In this document: piece after piece, positions 29,690 to 39,900 of the stretch
Numbering within the stretch: the first letter of the stretch is position 1
Layout of the letters: the number at the start of each line of letters is the position of its first letter
Virus record (IMG/VR): IMGVR_UViG_3300042556_001053
Coordinates: 50,444 to 114,443 of that record
Direction: 5' to 3' (one strand)
DNA: 64,000 bases
Source: a virus
Translations under genes and position numbers: made by a program
Notes under the pieces: generated by a model
What the model was told of the DNA's origin: nothing
The model's database searches: none
Seen by the model: the letters and a program-made list of their open reading frames with translations, nothing else

Positions 29690-29881
29690 ATGTGGACTAA
29701 GTATAGTTATGTTTGTACTAACTGTGATGCTCTTATTGAGATCACTACCCTGGCAATTCCTGAAGACAATGCCTCTTGCACCTGTATGCGTGGAGCTTGG
29801 GTAACACGTACTGCAGTAGAGGCTGTGACTAACATCACACCACCAAAAGTTGTAAAAATCAACACCAACCCTTATAATTAA
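29690..29881 (+). CDS. Small zinc-ribbon protein
   Basis: CTNC...CTC. Confidence 0.55.
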   Translation: MWTKYSYVCTNCDALIEITTLAIPEDNASCTCMRGAWVTRTAVEAVTNITPPKVVKINTNPYN

Positions 29882-30053
29882 TATATGGACATGAACACAC
29901 TAAGCGAGTATCTAAAGATTCACAAGATAAGTATTGAGCAAGACATGGAGCAAGCCCTACAAGGTGATGACCCTGGAGAGGGATTCCATTGGGAGTCAGA
30001 TGACTACTACCTAGGAGCACTAGACGCATACGACTATGTATTGGAGTTAATTA

Positions 30054-30329
30054 GTGAGTAAGGATTATCCTTTCATACCGCCACACCTAGAGAAGGGCTT
30101 AGAGGATATCTCTATCCCTTTGATTGACCTTATGCATGGGCACCTCAAGGTAGAAATGCTGGACTGTGAAGAACAATTAAATAATCTATCAGAGACTCAG
30201 GATGTGCCTATGTATAACTATGTGCAGGGATACATGGAGGCCTTGACAAACCTATACTGCTTGACGTATAATTTAAGTATAGACCGCCAACAAATAGAAA
30301 GAGACCACCATGCCAAACTGGGTATATAA
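30054..30329 (+). CDS. Hypothetical protein
   Basis: GTG start with GGAG RBS; YVQGYMEAL motif. Confidence 0.55.
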   Translation: MSKDYPFIPPHLEKGLEDISIPLIDLMHGHLKVEMLDCEEQLNNLSETQDVPMYNYVQGYMEALTNLYCLTYNLSIDRQQIERDHHAKLGI

Positions 30330-31005
30330 CGGACTGACCATTGAAGGTAGCCCTGACTCTGTAAAGAAGTTAATGGAGCAGATGAATACACCATTCGTTC
30401 GTGTCCATGACCAATGGAATGTAAAGACACAGCAAATGGAAAAGCAACAGGTTACATATCCAAACCCTGTCTTTGCATTCTGGAATATAATTAAACCAAC
30501 TGACATGGAAGCATACGACGGTCCTCAACCTAAGAATGACAACTTTGAAGAGGCCATGAAGTTTAAGTCAGACCACTGGTACGATTGGAATGTTCGCAAC
30601 TGGGGAACTAAGTGGGATGTAGCCGTCTCATCTCTTGAAACTAATCCTGATACATACATGGAAGAAACAGCCAATGGTGAGAACCATGTTGTCTACTATA
30701 ACTTTGAGACTGCATGGTCTCGTCCTATGAGTGCTTTAACTAAGTTATCTGAACAGTACCCTGATTTATTATTTACTTTGTCATATGAGGAAGAGACTGG
30801 CTGGGGTGGCGAATGTGAACTGCTTCGTGGTAAAGTTATCTCAGAGTCACAGTATGACAACATGTGCCGTAATTGCGACGGTACCTACCTAGATAATGAA
30901 ATCGTAGGTTGTGATGACTGTGGAGACTATCCATGCCCTCTATGTGGCTGGAGCAATGACATGTGTGAAGCACACCAAACTAGATATGAGGACCAACATG
31001 CCTAA
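30310..31005 (+). CDS. YubB/DUF1281 ferredoxin-like domain protein with Cys-rich tail
   Basis: MPNW..N.L, WYDWNVRNWGTKWD, FETAWS, YEEE motifs. Confidence 0.75.
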   Translation: MPNWVYNGLTIEGSPDSVKKLMEQMNTPFVRVHDQWNVKTQQMEKQQVTYPNPVFAFWNIIKPTDMEAYDGPQPKNDNFEEAMKFKSDHWYDWNVRNWGTKWDVAVSSLETNPDTYMEETANGENHVVYYNFETAWSRPMSALTKLSEQYPDLLFTLSYEEETGWGGECELLRGKVISESQYDNMCRNCDGTYLDNEIVGCDDCGDYPCPLCGWSNDMCEAHQTRYEDQHA

Positions 31006-32145
31006 GACTACTTATCTTATTGAACTAGCCGTTGATGAAGAATGGTTTCATGCAATTAGTGAACTGACTGCAGATGTACACGAGGGTGAAATATGCGAAT
31101 GGGTCAGGGTACAGGCAGAGACTGAGACTGATGATCAAGACTGTGAGAACTGCGAAAGCAATCCTAAAGAGCACCCTGAAGGCAAGTGGTGCACATCATG
31201 CAGGGATGAATTTAAAGAGTCTGAGGAGGACGACGAATGAACTGGACACAGCCATCGTTATTTGATACAATTGAAGAACACACTACAGATAAGGAACAAG
31301 AATGCACAAAGAGTCACTACTAGAAGTTGTTAACTTTATTGAAGCCATCATTGATGAACTGGAATGTGAACTTATTCCTCTTGATGAGGTTGCAGACACA
31401 CCAGAAGAACTAACAGCAATGATTGCACTACAAACCAAAATTGATACTCTGTCAGAACTAATCCTTGACATGATGTCATTTGATTGGGAGGAGAAGTAAT
31501 GGGAGCTCGTATAAACTTTGTATTTAAGGATGACCTTGATTCAGCAGTGGTCCTATACAGTCACTGGGGCCAGACAGAATGGCAGCGGGATATAGCAATG
31601 GCGCTAAATCATGCTAAGCCTAGATGGACAGACTCATCATATGCCACACGTATGATGATTAGTTACCTTATTCAAGATAGCGTCCTGGAAGAAACAGGTT
31701 TTGGTATCTACTCTATCACTGGTACCAACTATGATTTAGGGGAGCAGACAGTAGTTATTGATTTAATTAATCATACAGTCACTGATATCCATCCTGTCAA
31801 ATGGGATAACTTTATCCAAGCATATTTACCTGAGCACGCAGCGGTATAAAGCAGACGCTGCAACGGGGGAGTGCGATTTGTGGTGGGTTGCGCTCCCCCC
31901 TTATTTTTGATACAATGAACTGAGGGAGAACCATGAGACGAAAACTAATAACCAAAGAAGAAAAGATAGCAATCCAACTATCCAATGTCTTAGCAGACCT
32001 ACGCCTTGACCTTGACCTAGTGGGACATCATCTTGCCCAATCATCTCCCAACGTAATCTACAATCGTTTAATTACTATTGCAGACTCAGCGGAAGCAACT
32101 AAGCAAGAGCAATACAATCACTACAACAACTACAAACTATTCTAG
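30998..32145 (+). CDS. Four small hypothetical genes (30998-31240, 31302-31499, 31499-31849, 31933-32145)
   Basis: Coupled ORFs; 31499 has an MGAR...LYSHWG motif. Confidence 0.6.
31865..31908 (+). terminator. Intrinsic terminator-like hairpin
   Basis: GGGGGAGTGCG...CGCTCCCCC followed by TTATTTTT. Confidence 0.65.
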
Positions 32146-32189
32146 AAAGGCTGCAGCGGTGGGCTTGACAAAAGCCTGCCGTTGTGCCC

Positions 32190-32995
32190 GAGGTGGTCAA
32201 ACCACTTCTTCAAACCTTATTACGATCAAACCATTTTTTTCCCATTTTCGGACATTACGACAGCTCAAAAAAATTCTCCTAATTTTAGACATTACGAACG
32301 ATCAAAAAATTTTCCAGATTGTAGCATATCAAACCTTTCTTTGTCAAACCATGTTATAATGGTTTTATGCCAAGAGATCATTTTTCTCAAATGAGTAAGA
32401 ACTCATCTCATCGCCATGATCAACCACATGATATAGAAACCTTCAATAAAGACTTTGGTGCTATATGTGGTATGTTGTATAGTGTTATAACTCTTAAGTG
32501 TTTCTTTCCTAAGTCCCCCGCCCAAAGCGTGACTAATAATCCTGTCACTCATTCTGCGGGACGGTATATACAAGAACAACTACCATTCTAAATCCCTATA
32601 GTATATAAGACATTACGATATCAAACCTTTTCTCCTGGTTTTTGATATATTTTTAAATATTATCAAACCTTTCTATTATATTTCTGGACATTTTGGGCAA
32701 TTTTGTATAGGGTTTTATATAAGGTTTGTAAGGTTTGATACTTGACAAATGTGAGGTTTGGGTATATAATCCAGGCAAGATGTAAGGTTTGAAGGTTTGG
32801 TATGTGAGGTTTGAAAGCCGTTGACATTACGGCCCCATCTGTATAAATGCTCAATAACCCACTAGACATATCCAAACCAGATGTAAACCATATATAAAAA
32901 ATATCAGTAAGATTTATATGTGGATAACTTGTGGATAACTATGTGTAAAACCACTAATTTGAGCTATCTAAATTATCGTTTAGCCTGTGGATATC
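32190..32995. repeat. Iteron-like repeat region with DnaA boxes (candidate origin or terminus signal)
   Basis: 7x TCAAACC then 6x GGTTTG; 5x ATTACG; TGTGGATAA at 32919 and 32930; TGTGGATAT at 32986. Confidence 0.65.
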
Positions 32996-33437
32996 TTTTA
33001 AAAAACGGTACAGTCTTTTGGCTATAGGGCATATGGGCATATGCTGATGTCTTATTACATAGGTTATTTACTATAGGGATTCTGGTGTCTTTCTTGACTT
33101 CCCCCGTTTTTTCTGAGACAATTGTATCAAGATACTATTGAAAGGTTTGACAATGAAAGGTTCACTTTGTGCTTATAAGCGTGGAGAGCGTTACTTTACT
33201 AGTTATCACTGGTGTAATGAGTGTCCTCCTGTTTCTGAGTACCGTGCAATGGAGCGACAGCAAAAGCTTGACTGGACAAATGCAAATAAGATGAGAAATG
33301 AAAAGTGGAAGATCAAGAATGAGCGACGTATCAAGCACGATAAGAGTTTAGCGGATAAAGGGTTCTAACCAATAGTGCCCCTGTGGGGCATAGGATGGTT
33401 TGATACCTCTATTTCGCCGCCGAACTTAAAAGATTAA

Positions 33438-34250
33438 TTACTTCTGGTATGCCCAGATTCCTCTAAATTCTCTATCGGCGGAGTTAAAACCGCCCGTCAC
33501 AGCATGGGCGCACTTGAATAGATCTGGTATAACAATATCGCCCTGTTGCCATTTATGAACGATTCTAATATCTTCATTGTCCATAATTATCTTCTCTATT
33601 TTTCGTATTAATGAGTAAAAATAATCTAAAGATTCTTGAGATGGAGATTCATTTTTATAAGAGACCAAAGGAACTATATGAGGTTCTGGTAGTATCATAA
33701 ATCTAATAATTGGCTTATTAGTCAGCCAGTGATTGTCAATGATAGGGTGCTGGTCTGACAAATTTGTGCTTGCACTAAGATATCCAGACTTTACCTGAGA
33801 ATCTTTAATAAAATCTGGTTCAGTTATTATACTATCAAGAAGAAACTGCTGCTCATGCTCTGTTAACATATCAAAGACAAGGCCTGTATCTACAAAGTAT
33901 GTCTTGCCATTGTTGTTATCTGTCTTAAAGTTATACATATTCCACGTTGCTGCAACGATTGGATTTATATAGTAAGTGTGCTCAATATGCCACTCTACTA
34001 TCACATCATCTGGTCCAGATTCAATGTGAGACTTACGTTCATGATTTTCAACATACTCGCTTGTATCATCAGCATGTTTCCATCCCATAAGGCTGCCAAG
34101 CCTAGCTCCAAATTCAAACTGCTCTTCTTGGGTTAGGTTAGCATTTCTAAAACATATTACAGAGTCATTAATAAACTTGTTCTTGTAATACTCTATATTA
34201 TCAAGTACAGATTCAATACCAGGAAACTCTATAGGCTCTACACTTATCAC
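33438..34250 (-). CDS. TauD/TfdA family dioxygenase
   Basis: VICFRN, WHIE, G.TYFVD, HKWQQGDIVIPD...H...R motifs. Confidence 0.8.
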   Translation of the reverse strand: MISVEPIEFPGIESVLDNIEYYKNKFINDSVICFRNANLTQEEQFEFGARLGSLMGWKHADDTSEYVENHERKSHIESGPDDVIVEWHIEHTYYINPIVAATWNMYNFKTDNNNGKTYFVDTGLVFDMLTEHEQQFLLDSIITEPDFIKDSQVKSGYLSASTNLSDQHPIIDNHWLTNKPIIRFMILPEPHIVPLVSYKNESPSQESLDYFYSLIRKIEKIIMDNEDIRIVHKWQQGDIVIPDLFKCAHAVTGGFNSADREFRGIWAYQK

Positions 34251-34525
34251 TCTGATGCCTCATCAACATATTGTGGTGCAATACATGGCTCATTGACTGC
34301 ATGTGCTACATATTTGCCACAAGGACATCTTCCTGTAGCACATTGGCACTTCTTTTCAGGATCTTCTCTTCCGTATGGGTGTGTTGGGAATGGTAGGCTA
34401 TCCCTATTTTCTTCTGTGACTACAACAAATATTGCCTTTTCTTGACATATTGTGCAGGCTTGAGCCTCTCCTTCCTCACATTGCATATTCATGCCACATC
34501 TTAAACATCTATAGTCTATTCTCAT
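34247..34525 (-). CDS. Cys-rich small protein
   Basis: CLRC, CTIC, CQC..GRCPCG. Confidence 0.55.
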   Translation of the reverse strand: MRIDYRCLRCGMNMQCEEGEAQACTICQEKAIFVVVTEENRDSLPFPTHPYGREDPEKKCQCATGRCPCGKYVAHAVNEPCIAPQYVDEASE

Positions 34526-34803
34526 GATTTTAGTATACCATATTTGACATTCCCCGTTTTTTGTGAGACAATAGGTATTGAAAAGGAGAATAACATGAAA
34601 TACATTTATGCTGTTGATTTAGAGAGAATGGAAGAGCTTTATTTTAGTAACACTCAGACTAATTTCTTTGCTGATGATGAAGAAAGAAGTAAGTTTAATG
34701 CTAAGCTTATAGTTGAAGCAGATACTGAAGATGAAGCTTTAAGAATGAGGATGGGTATGACAGATATAAATATGTGGAAACTTATAGATACAGAGCAATA
34801 AAA

Positions 34804-35391
34804 CTATTCTGTTGGCCAATCTTTTATTATTAGATTAGAGTTGACAACACCACGATATGGGTGCTCAGCTGGTGTTGTAATAGAATGAAAATGTCTACCA
34901 TCTACAATAAATGCTGCACCTCTTTTAGGGCTAATCCTTTTGTTTACTGTCACTGAAGGTGTAGCAAAACCAGCCTTATGTCTCTCATTGTATATGACTG
35001 TATCTCCATCAGAATCACTTGGGTAGTATAAAAATATATAGTGTGGCTCGTTGTAGTCTATGTGTGGGTACAAGGTCTTTTGTGTACCTTCTACTGTTGG
35101 TGTCATTATGTTCAGTTTTAATCGTTTAAAGCCATCAAACTCAATACCGTGTTTTTCTGTGAACTTTTTAACAATGTCAAAGAATACTTGTGCTGATGGA
35201 TCATCATTTTGTAGGTTGACAGTAAAATATGAAACATCTCCAACCTTAGTATCAACTACTCCAGTATTGCCTTCTATAGTTGGGGATGCATTCTTACCAA
35301 AGCTAAACTGTATATCTTTGTGCCAGAACTGTTGTTCTGCTGCTTCTATTTCTTCTTCTGTTAGGAAGCTATCGTCATAAATAAAGAACAT
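34804..35391 (-). CDS. 2OG-Fe(II) oxygenase
   Basis: PHID...LYYPSDSDGDT...PKRG...FDG-like IVDGRHFH...R. Confidence 0.8.
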   Translation of the reverse strand: MFFIYDDSFLTEEEIEAAEQQFWHKDIQFSFGKNASPTIEGNTGVVDTKVGDVSYFTVNLQNDDPSAQVFFDIVKKFTEKHGIEFDGFKRLKLNIMTPTVEGTQKTLYPHIDYNEPHYIFLYYPSDSDGDTVIYNERHKAGFATPSVTVNKRISPKRGAAFIVDGRHFHSITTPAEHPYRGVVNSNLIIKDWPTE

Positions 35392-35569
35392 TTTATCCCC
35401 TTTTCTCTCAATTATAGCATAATGAGATGTGGTATGATATATGTATGAACCCTGGAAAATGTTTTTATTGTGATAAGGACGCATCATATTTTGATGTCAT
35501 CATGGATGACGACAACTATCTGATTGCTGATGTATGCATTGATCATCTTAAGATGGGTCTATCTTCGTA

Positions 35570-36238
35570 ATGATACCAGTTCTATCAATACCAGTTTTAA
35601 ATAGGTATGATCTGTTGGATAAAAATCTAGAGCTGATTGATTTTCCTATTAAAGAAATATTAATTATTAATAATGGAAAAGAAGATTATCATCCAAAAAG
35701 AAAAGATTTAAATGTAAGAGTTTTAAATCTACCATCTAATTTGGGCATGGCTGGGTCTTGGAATTTAACAATAAAGCTTTACCCTCATGAAAAGTTTTGG
35801 CTATTCTCTTCAGCAGACACACACTGGATTCCTGGTGCACTAGAAAAATTTTATAAGTTAAGTAGCCCATCCAAAATGATAGCATCAACTGAAGGGTTTA
35901 GTTGTTTTTCTCTTGGAGAAGACATTGTAAGGAAAGCTGGATTGTTTGATGAATATTTTTATCCTTACATGTGGGAAGACAGCGAGTATGCTGAAAGATT
36001 TGAATCTATAAAAAAGAAAAATAATTATAATAATTTAGGCATGGATTTTCATGTAATCAAAGTTAATACACCAGAAGGACCAGCTCAAAGTATTAACAGT
36101 GATCCAAAATTATTTGAGAAGTATACAGAAACAGCCTATAAAAATGAAGAATATTTAAAATTAAAAAGATCTCAAGACTTTCAAATAATGGGTAGTTGGG
36201 ACATAGATAGAAGAAGAGATCAAGAATGGCTACTATAG
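35570..36238 (+). CDS. GT2-like glycosyltransferase
   Basis: IPVLN, IINNG, NLGMAGSWN, GLFDEYFYP..WED motifs. Confidence 0.8.
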   Translation: MIPVLSIPVLNRYDLLDKNLELIDFPIKEILIINNGKEDYHPKRKDLNVRVLNLPSNLGMAGSWNLTIKLYPHEKFWLFSSADTHWIPGALEKFYKLSSPSKMIASTEGFSCFSLGEDIVRKAGLFDEYFYPYMWEDSEYAERFESIKKKNNYNNLGMDFHVIKVNTPEGPAQSINSDPKLFEKYTETAYKNEEYLKLKRSQDFQIMGSWDIDRRRDQEWLL

Positions 36239-36888
36239 GAATTCTTCCAGCATCTGGAAAAGCATTAAGAATAGGTGGCATACCAAAGTTTTCTTTGCCT
36301 ATATCAGATGAAAAGTCTTTATTACAGTGGCATGTAGATCAAATGTTAGAAGTTTGTGATGAGGTCAGGGTATCTACTAAATCAGAATGGATACCAATCA
36401 TTCAAAACATGAACATGAATATTAAACTTATTGCTCTTGAGCCATCAACAATGTCTCATGCAGTAAAGTTTTTAGTTGGAGATTATAACGATACAGTTTT
36501 AGTTGGCATGCCAGATACATATATACACAATACAGATAAAAACATATACAAACAAATGATGAGTGTTGCTGGTGATTTAGTTCTTGGAACATGGGAATGT
36601 GACAATAATCTTAAGGGCAGTGTTGGTCAGGTTTTATTATCTGGAAACAAAGTAATTGCTTCTACTGACAAATCATCTGATTGTGAATACCCACATATGT
36701 GGGGAACAATGATGTTTAGAAAAAACCTGGTAAGATATATAGACCCAGACCTAGAGCATCCAGGAAAGCAAATACAGGAATGGATAGACATGAATCTAGA
36801 TATAAGATCCTCAAGTTCAGGTGGTAAGTATATGGACATAGGAACATTCTCAGGTTTAAAACAACTATATAAAGAAATGGATAAATAA
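36226..36888 (+). CDS. Sugar-phosphate nucleotidyltransferase
   Basis: GILPASGKALRIGGIPK, GMPD, YMDIGT motifs. Confidence 0.8.
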   Translation: MATIGILPASGKALRIGGIPKFSLPISDEKSLLQWHVDQMLEVCDEVRVSTKSEWIPIIQNMNMNIKLIALEPSTMSHAVKFLVGDYNDTVLVGMPDTYIHNTDKNIYKQMMSVAGDLVLGTWECDNNLKGSVGQVLLSGNKVIASTDKSSDCEYPHMWGTMMFRKNLVRYIDPDLEHPGKQIQEWIDMNLDIRSSSSGGKYMDIGTFSGLKQLYKEMDK

Positions 36889-36892
36889 TAAA

Positions 36893-37672
36893 ATGTATAA
36901 TGCCAAACTAAACAATGAGGCTTTTTTTGAAACAGATTTAGATAAACTTTCGGAAATCTGGGAACCAAGAAAAGAATATATAGACAAAGATTTATGGGTT
37001 ATTAGAAACTTTTTGATACCGCCTGAATTAGAATGGCTAAACAATGAAGCAAATGATCCAGATGGCTGGTACACAACTATGAGATCTCCTTATGGTGGAA
37101 ATATAAAAAATAAATTTTTAGGGTATATACCAGATTATGATGAAAATGGAAACATGCTTGTTCCTACAGAGCATTCAAAATGGAGGGAAAGAGATCATAT
37201 TAATTATATAGAAAAAAGAATAGAGTCTGTTGTACCTAAATATTTTGGTGGAGCTGGTGCTCTTCAGTCTTTCTTTGAAGTTTCTGATGAACAAATTTTT
37301 CAAGAAACTGGAAGAACAGATATTGATTATGCAATGGGATGGCATTATGAAAGAGATGATAGTGACTCAGAAAACCAACAAACAACTATTGTAGAAAACT
37401 CAAAAACACAAGGTAAAAGAATTAATAGTCAAGGGAAAATATCAGGATCTTTTAATGTTTACATTAATGATAATTTTGATGGTGGAATCTTAGAGTTTAG
37501 AAATAAAGATTATGTTGTTAAGCCAGAGGTTGGAATGCTGGTGAATATTCCTTTGTATAAAGAGTTTGAGCACAGAGTAACAAAGGTTACAAATGGAAAT
37601 AGACACACGATCTATGGAAGATCTTGGGATATTCAGGATGGAAAATATTTCTCTACTAACGAAGACTGCTAG
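36893..37672 (+). CDS. 2OG-Fe(II) oxygenase, P4H-like
   Basis: WHYE...YINDNFDGG...HRVTKV..GNR. Confidence 0.8.
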   Translation: MYNAKLNNEAFFETDLDKLSEIWEPRKEYIDKDLWVIRNFLIPPELEWLNNEANDPDGWYTTMRSPYGGNIKNKFLGYIPDYDENGNMLVPTEHSKWRERDHINYIEKRIESVVPKYFGGAGALQSFFEVSDEQIFQETGRTDIDYAMGWHYERDDSDSENQQTTIVENSKTQGKRINSQGKISGSFNVYINDNFDGGILEFRNKDYVVKPEVGMLVNIPLYKEFEHRVTKVTNGNRHTIYGRSWDIQDGKYFSTNEDC

Positions 37673-37873
37673 ACTTGACTTTAGCTTTCTTGTGGGTTAT
37701 AATTAATGTATGACTACTAGTTGTATAGAGTGTAATAAGATTGATACAGATGAAGACTTTTATGAGACTCATCAGTACATGTCTAACAATAGGTTATGGT
37801 GTGTAAATGCCAAAAGAGCCTAGAATTATGCAGATGGACTGGAAAGCTTTGGGATATGAGAGGGAGTATAAAG

Positions 37874-38128
37874 ATGGCAAACTCAGATGGATTCCTCAAG
37901 AGTTCAAAGAAAATAAACAGGACAAGGATACTTCCTCTTAGATGGATTGGTAATATCTGTAGTAATATTGCTACTAGGAGTTTGCTTAAAGCTTTTTATT
38001 TAGATGAGCAGGGCAATTATGGATACCGTTTCAAATTCCACAGCAAGGTTTGGGTTACACTTAATAAACCATATGAGCGTTGGGGTACATACTATACAAT
38101 TGATACAAGCAAGTGGAATAAAAAATGA
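37874..38128 (+). CDS. Hypothetical protein
   Basis: GGAG RBS before MANSDG. Confidence 0.5.
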   Translation: MANSDGFLKSSKKINRTRILPLRWIGNICSNIATRSLLKAFYLDEQGNYGYRFKFHSKVWVTLNKPYERWGTYYTIDTSKWNKK

Positions 38129-38775
38129 GACAGCCTATTCACGGTGCATTTGAATCATATCTGCAACCAGATAGTGGTACATGGAACTGGAATGAATCGT
38201 TACAGGCTTGGGAAGAATTAGATAATTATAAGCTACAAGAAGCTTTAACTATTTCTGGATATCCAAGAAGTGGAAACACATTTATTAATCATGCATTTTT
38301 TAAGATGTATGATTTTGCTCACATTAACTTCAATCGTCATACTGTAAAGAGTATTGCAGAAAGAGATCACACTTTTGTTCCCTTTAGACACCCGCTTGAA
38401 GCAATAAGTTCTTGGCACATATATCAGCAGGTACATTTTTTAGATGTAAGGTTTATTGAAAACGATATCAAATTCTACAATAGGTTTCATGAACAAGCAT
38501 TAGCAATGAAAGATAAGATAACTTTTCTTGACTTTGATCTATTTAAAAATAACACAAAATATTTAGAGGATAAGGTTTCTCATATATACAATGTTTCTGC
38601 AATGCCAGTAGAGGCTATTGAGGTAAAAGAATTCATGGCTCATAGAAGACTGACTCTAAATATCCCACGTAATGATGATGAAACTAAGCAAGAGGTAATG
38701 TATTTTGTAGAGAAGCAAGAATTGTACAAAATATCTTTAGATCTTTACAATCAAATCAAGGAATTATCTAATTAG
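38125..38775 (+). CDS. Sulfotransferase-like P-loop protein
   Basis: SGYPRSGNTF and PFRHPLEAISSW motifs. Confidence 0.65.
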   Translation: MRQPIHGAFESYLQPDSGTWNWNESLQAWEELDNYKLQEALTISGYPRSGNTFINHAFFKMYDFAHINFNRHTVKSIAERDHTFVPFRHPLEAISSWHIYQQVHFLDVRFIENDIKFYNRFHEQALAMKDKITFLDFDLFKNNTKYLEDKVSHIYNVSAMPVEAIEVKEFMAHRRLTLNIPRNDDETKQEVMYFVEKQELYKISLDLYNQIKELSN

Positions 38776-39900
38776 CTATAAGCGATTTATCTGCCTATTT
38801 ACAAACTCTAAGAACTTTCCTGTTAGTAAAGTAAAACCTAGCTCTGGTTTAGAATTAACACACTCTGCACTAACCAAATACTTTGCCCACTCCTTAACTG
38901 CAGCCTTATTCTTGCCAGAAGTGTCTGCCAGAAGGTAGGATACAATACCTAGAGGGTATGCTCCAGGTTCTTTGGTTGCATAGTCGTATGTAAGTATGTT
39001 GTTTGAGTCAACTGATGCTTCTCCTAAGAAGGCTGACACATTTGCACTGTCTGGTGCTACGAAATTACCAGATGCATTTCCTATGTTTGCCACCTTAAGA
39101 TTAAAGAACTTAGCAAATGATACCTCTGCATATGTAATAGAATACTTAGTCTTTGATGCAAGTGTTGCTACACCCTGTGACTGATTTGCTCCAACAACTC
39201 TTCCCATGTTATTAATATCATTAATGCTCTTTGGGAATGATGTTGAGAATGAATCAGATACAGCTTTTGTCCAAACCTCTGGAGAGTTTGCCTTCATAAA
39301 TCTAACAAAGTTATTTGTTGTTCCAGAGTTATCAAGTCTAAAGACTACCTTTATCTTTTGGTTTGGTAGTGTGTAAACAATGCTTTTGGTAGCAGTTCTT
39401 AGTATTACTGGATTTCCAGACTTATCCTTAACTAGATTACCAGCCTTATCTTTTCTATATATAACTTCTTTAATCTTTCTATTGTTATCAGCCTTAATAG
39501 CAGGATCATTCCACATTGTTATTTCTCCCGCAAAAATCTTAGCTACTGTAGTTGATGATAAATATAGCTGTCTGTTTCCTGGGATATTGTGCATCACTGC
39601 GATAGGTGCTGCAACAACTGGAATGTGGATTACTGATGGCTTCTTTGTTGATGCTGTGTGTGCAGAGTCTGAGAACCAGAAATCTCCAATGCCCTTATCA
39701 GATGAAGTCTTACCAGCACCAGATCCGTTTGCTGAATATGTAACAATGTTTCCTGTTGACTTGGCATAAGATGATCTGCATTCATCAATAAGGTTTGCTG
39801 GAAAAGATGCTCCATTACCAACAATATTTTCTGCTGCAAAAGCAGGGGTAGAAATAGATAGAGCAGCAACGACTGCTATTAGGATAAGTTTAATTCTCAT
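38776..39900 (-). CDS. pstS: Phosphate ABC transporter substrate-binding protein
   Basis: Signal peptide; GNGASFP, GSGAG, IFAGEITMWNDPAI, R.DNSGTT..F, AYPL motifs. Confidence 0.9.
   Translation of the reverse strand: MRIKLILIAVVAALSISTPAFAAENIVGNGASFPANLIDECRSSYAKSTGNIVTYSANGSGAGKTSSDKGIGDFWFSDSAHTASTKKPSVIHIPVVAAPIAVMHNIPGNRQLYLSSTTVAKIFAGEITMWNDPAIKADNNRKIKEVIYRKDKAGNLVKDKSGNPVILRTATKSIVYTLPNQKIKVVFRLDNSGTTNNFVRFMKANSPEVWTKAVSDSFSTSFPKSINDINNMGRVVGANQSQGVATLASKTKYSITYAEVSFAKFFNLKVANIGNASGNFVAPDSANVSAFLGEASVDSNNILTYDYATKEPGAYPLGIVSYLLADTSGKNKAAVKEWAKYLVSAECVNSKPELGFTLLTGKFLEFVNRQINRL

Larger units (their letters stand above)
22301..29839. promoter_or_regulatory. Eleven CRP/GlxR-type boxes TGTG(A/G/T)-N6-(T/C)CACA
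   Basis: At 22301, 22576, 22607, 22623, 23381, 23500, 24296, 25602, 26600, 27998 and 29824; five are perfect TGTGA-N6-TCACA; one more degenerate copy at 28015. Confidence 0.75.

Noticed and set aside
31450-31471. Tenth TGTCAG promoter
   Set aside because: The N10 spacer is followed by TGACAT rather than TAnnnT, and it lies inside a CDS.
21780-32190. GATC depletion or LexA boxes in the early region
   Set aside because: Several GATC sites are present, and no TCGAAC-N4-GTTCGA was seen.
32078-32875. ORFs across the iteron region (32078, 32182, 32663)
   Set aside because: Weak starts and composition dictated by the repeats; only 32367..32591 (leaderless after TGTTATAAT) is plausible and remains unassigned.
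22300-33000. CRISPR array or mini-array
   Set aside because: Repeats are short, degenerate, irregularly spaced operators separated by genes; no constant repeat-spacer period and no cas genes.
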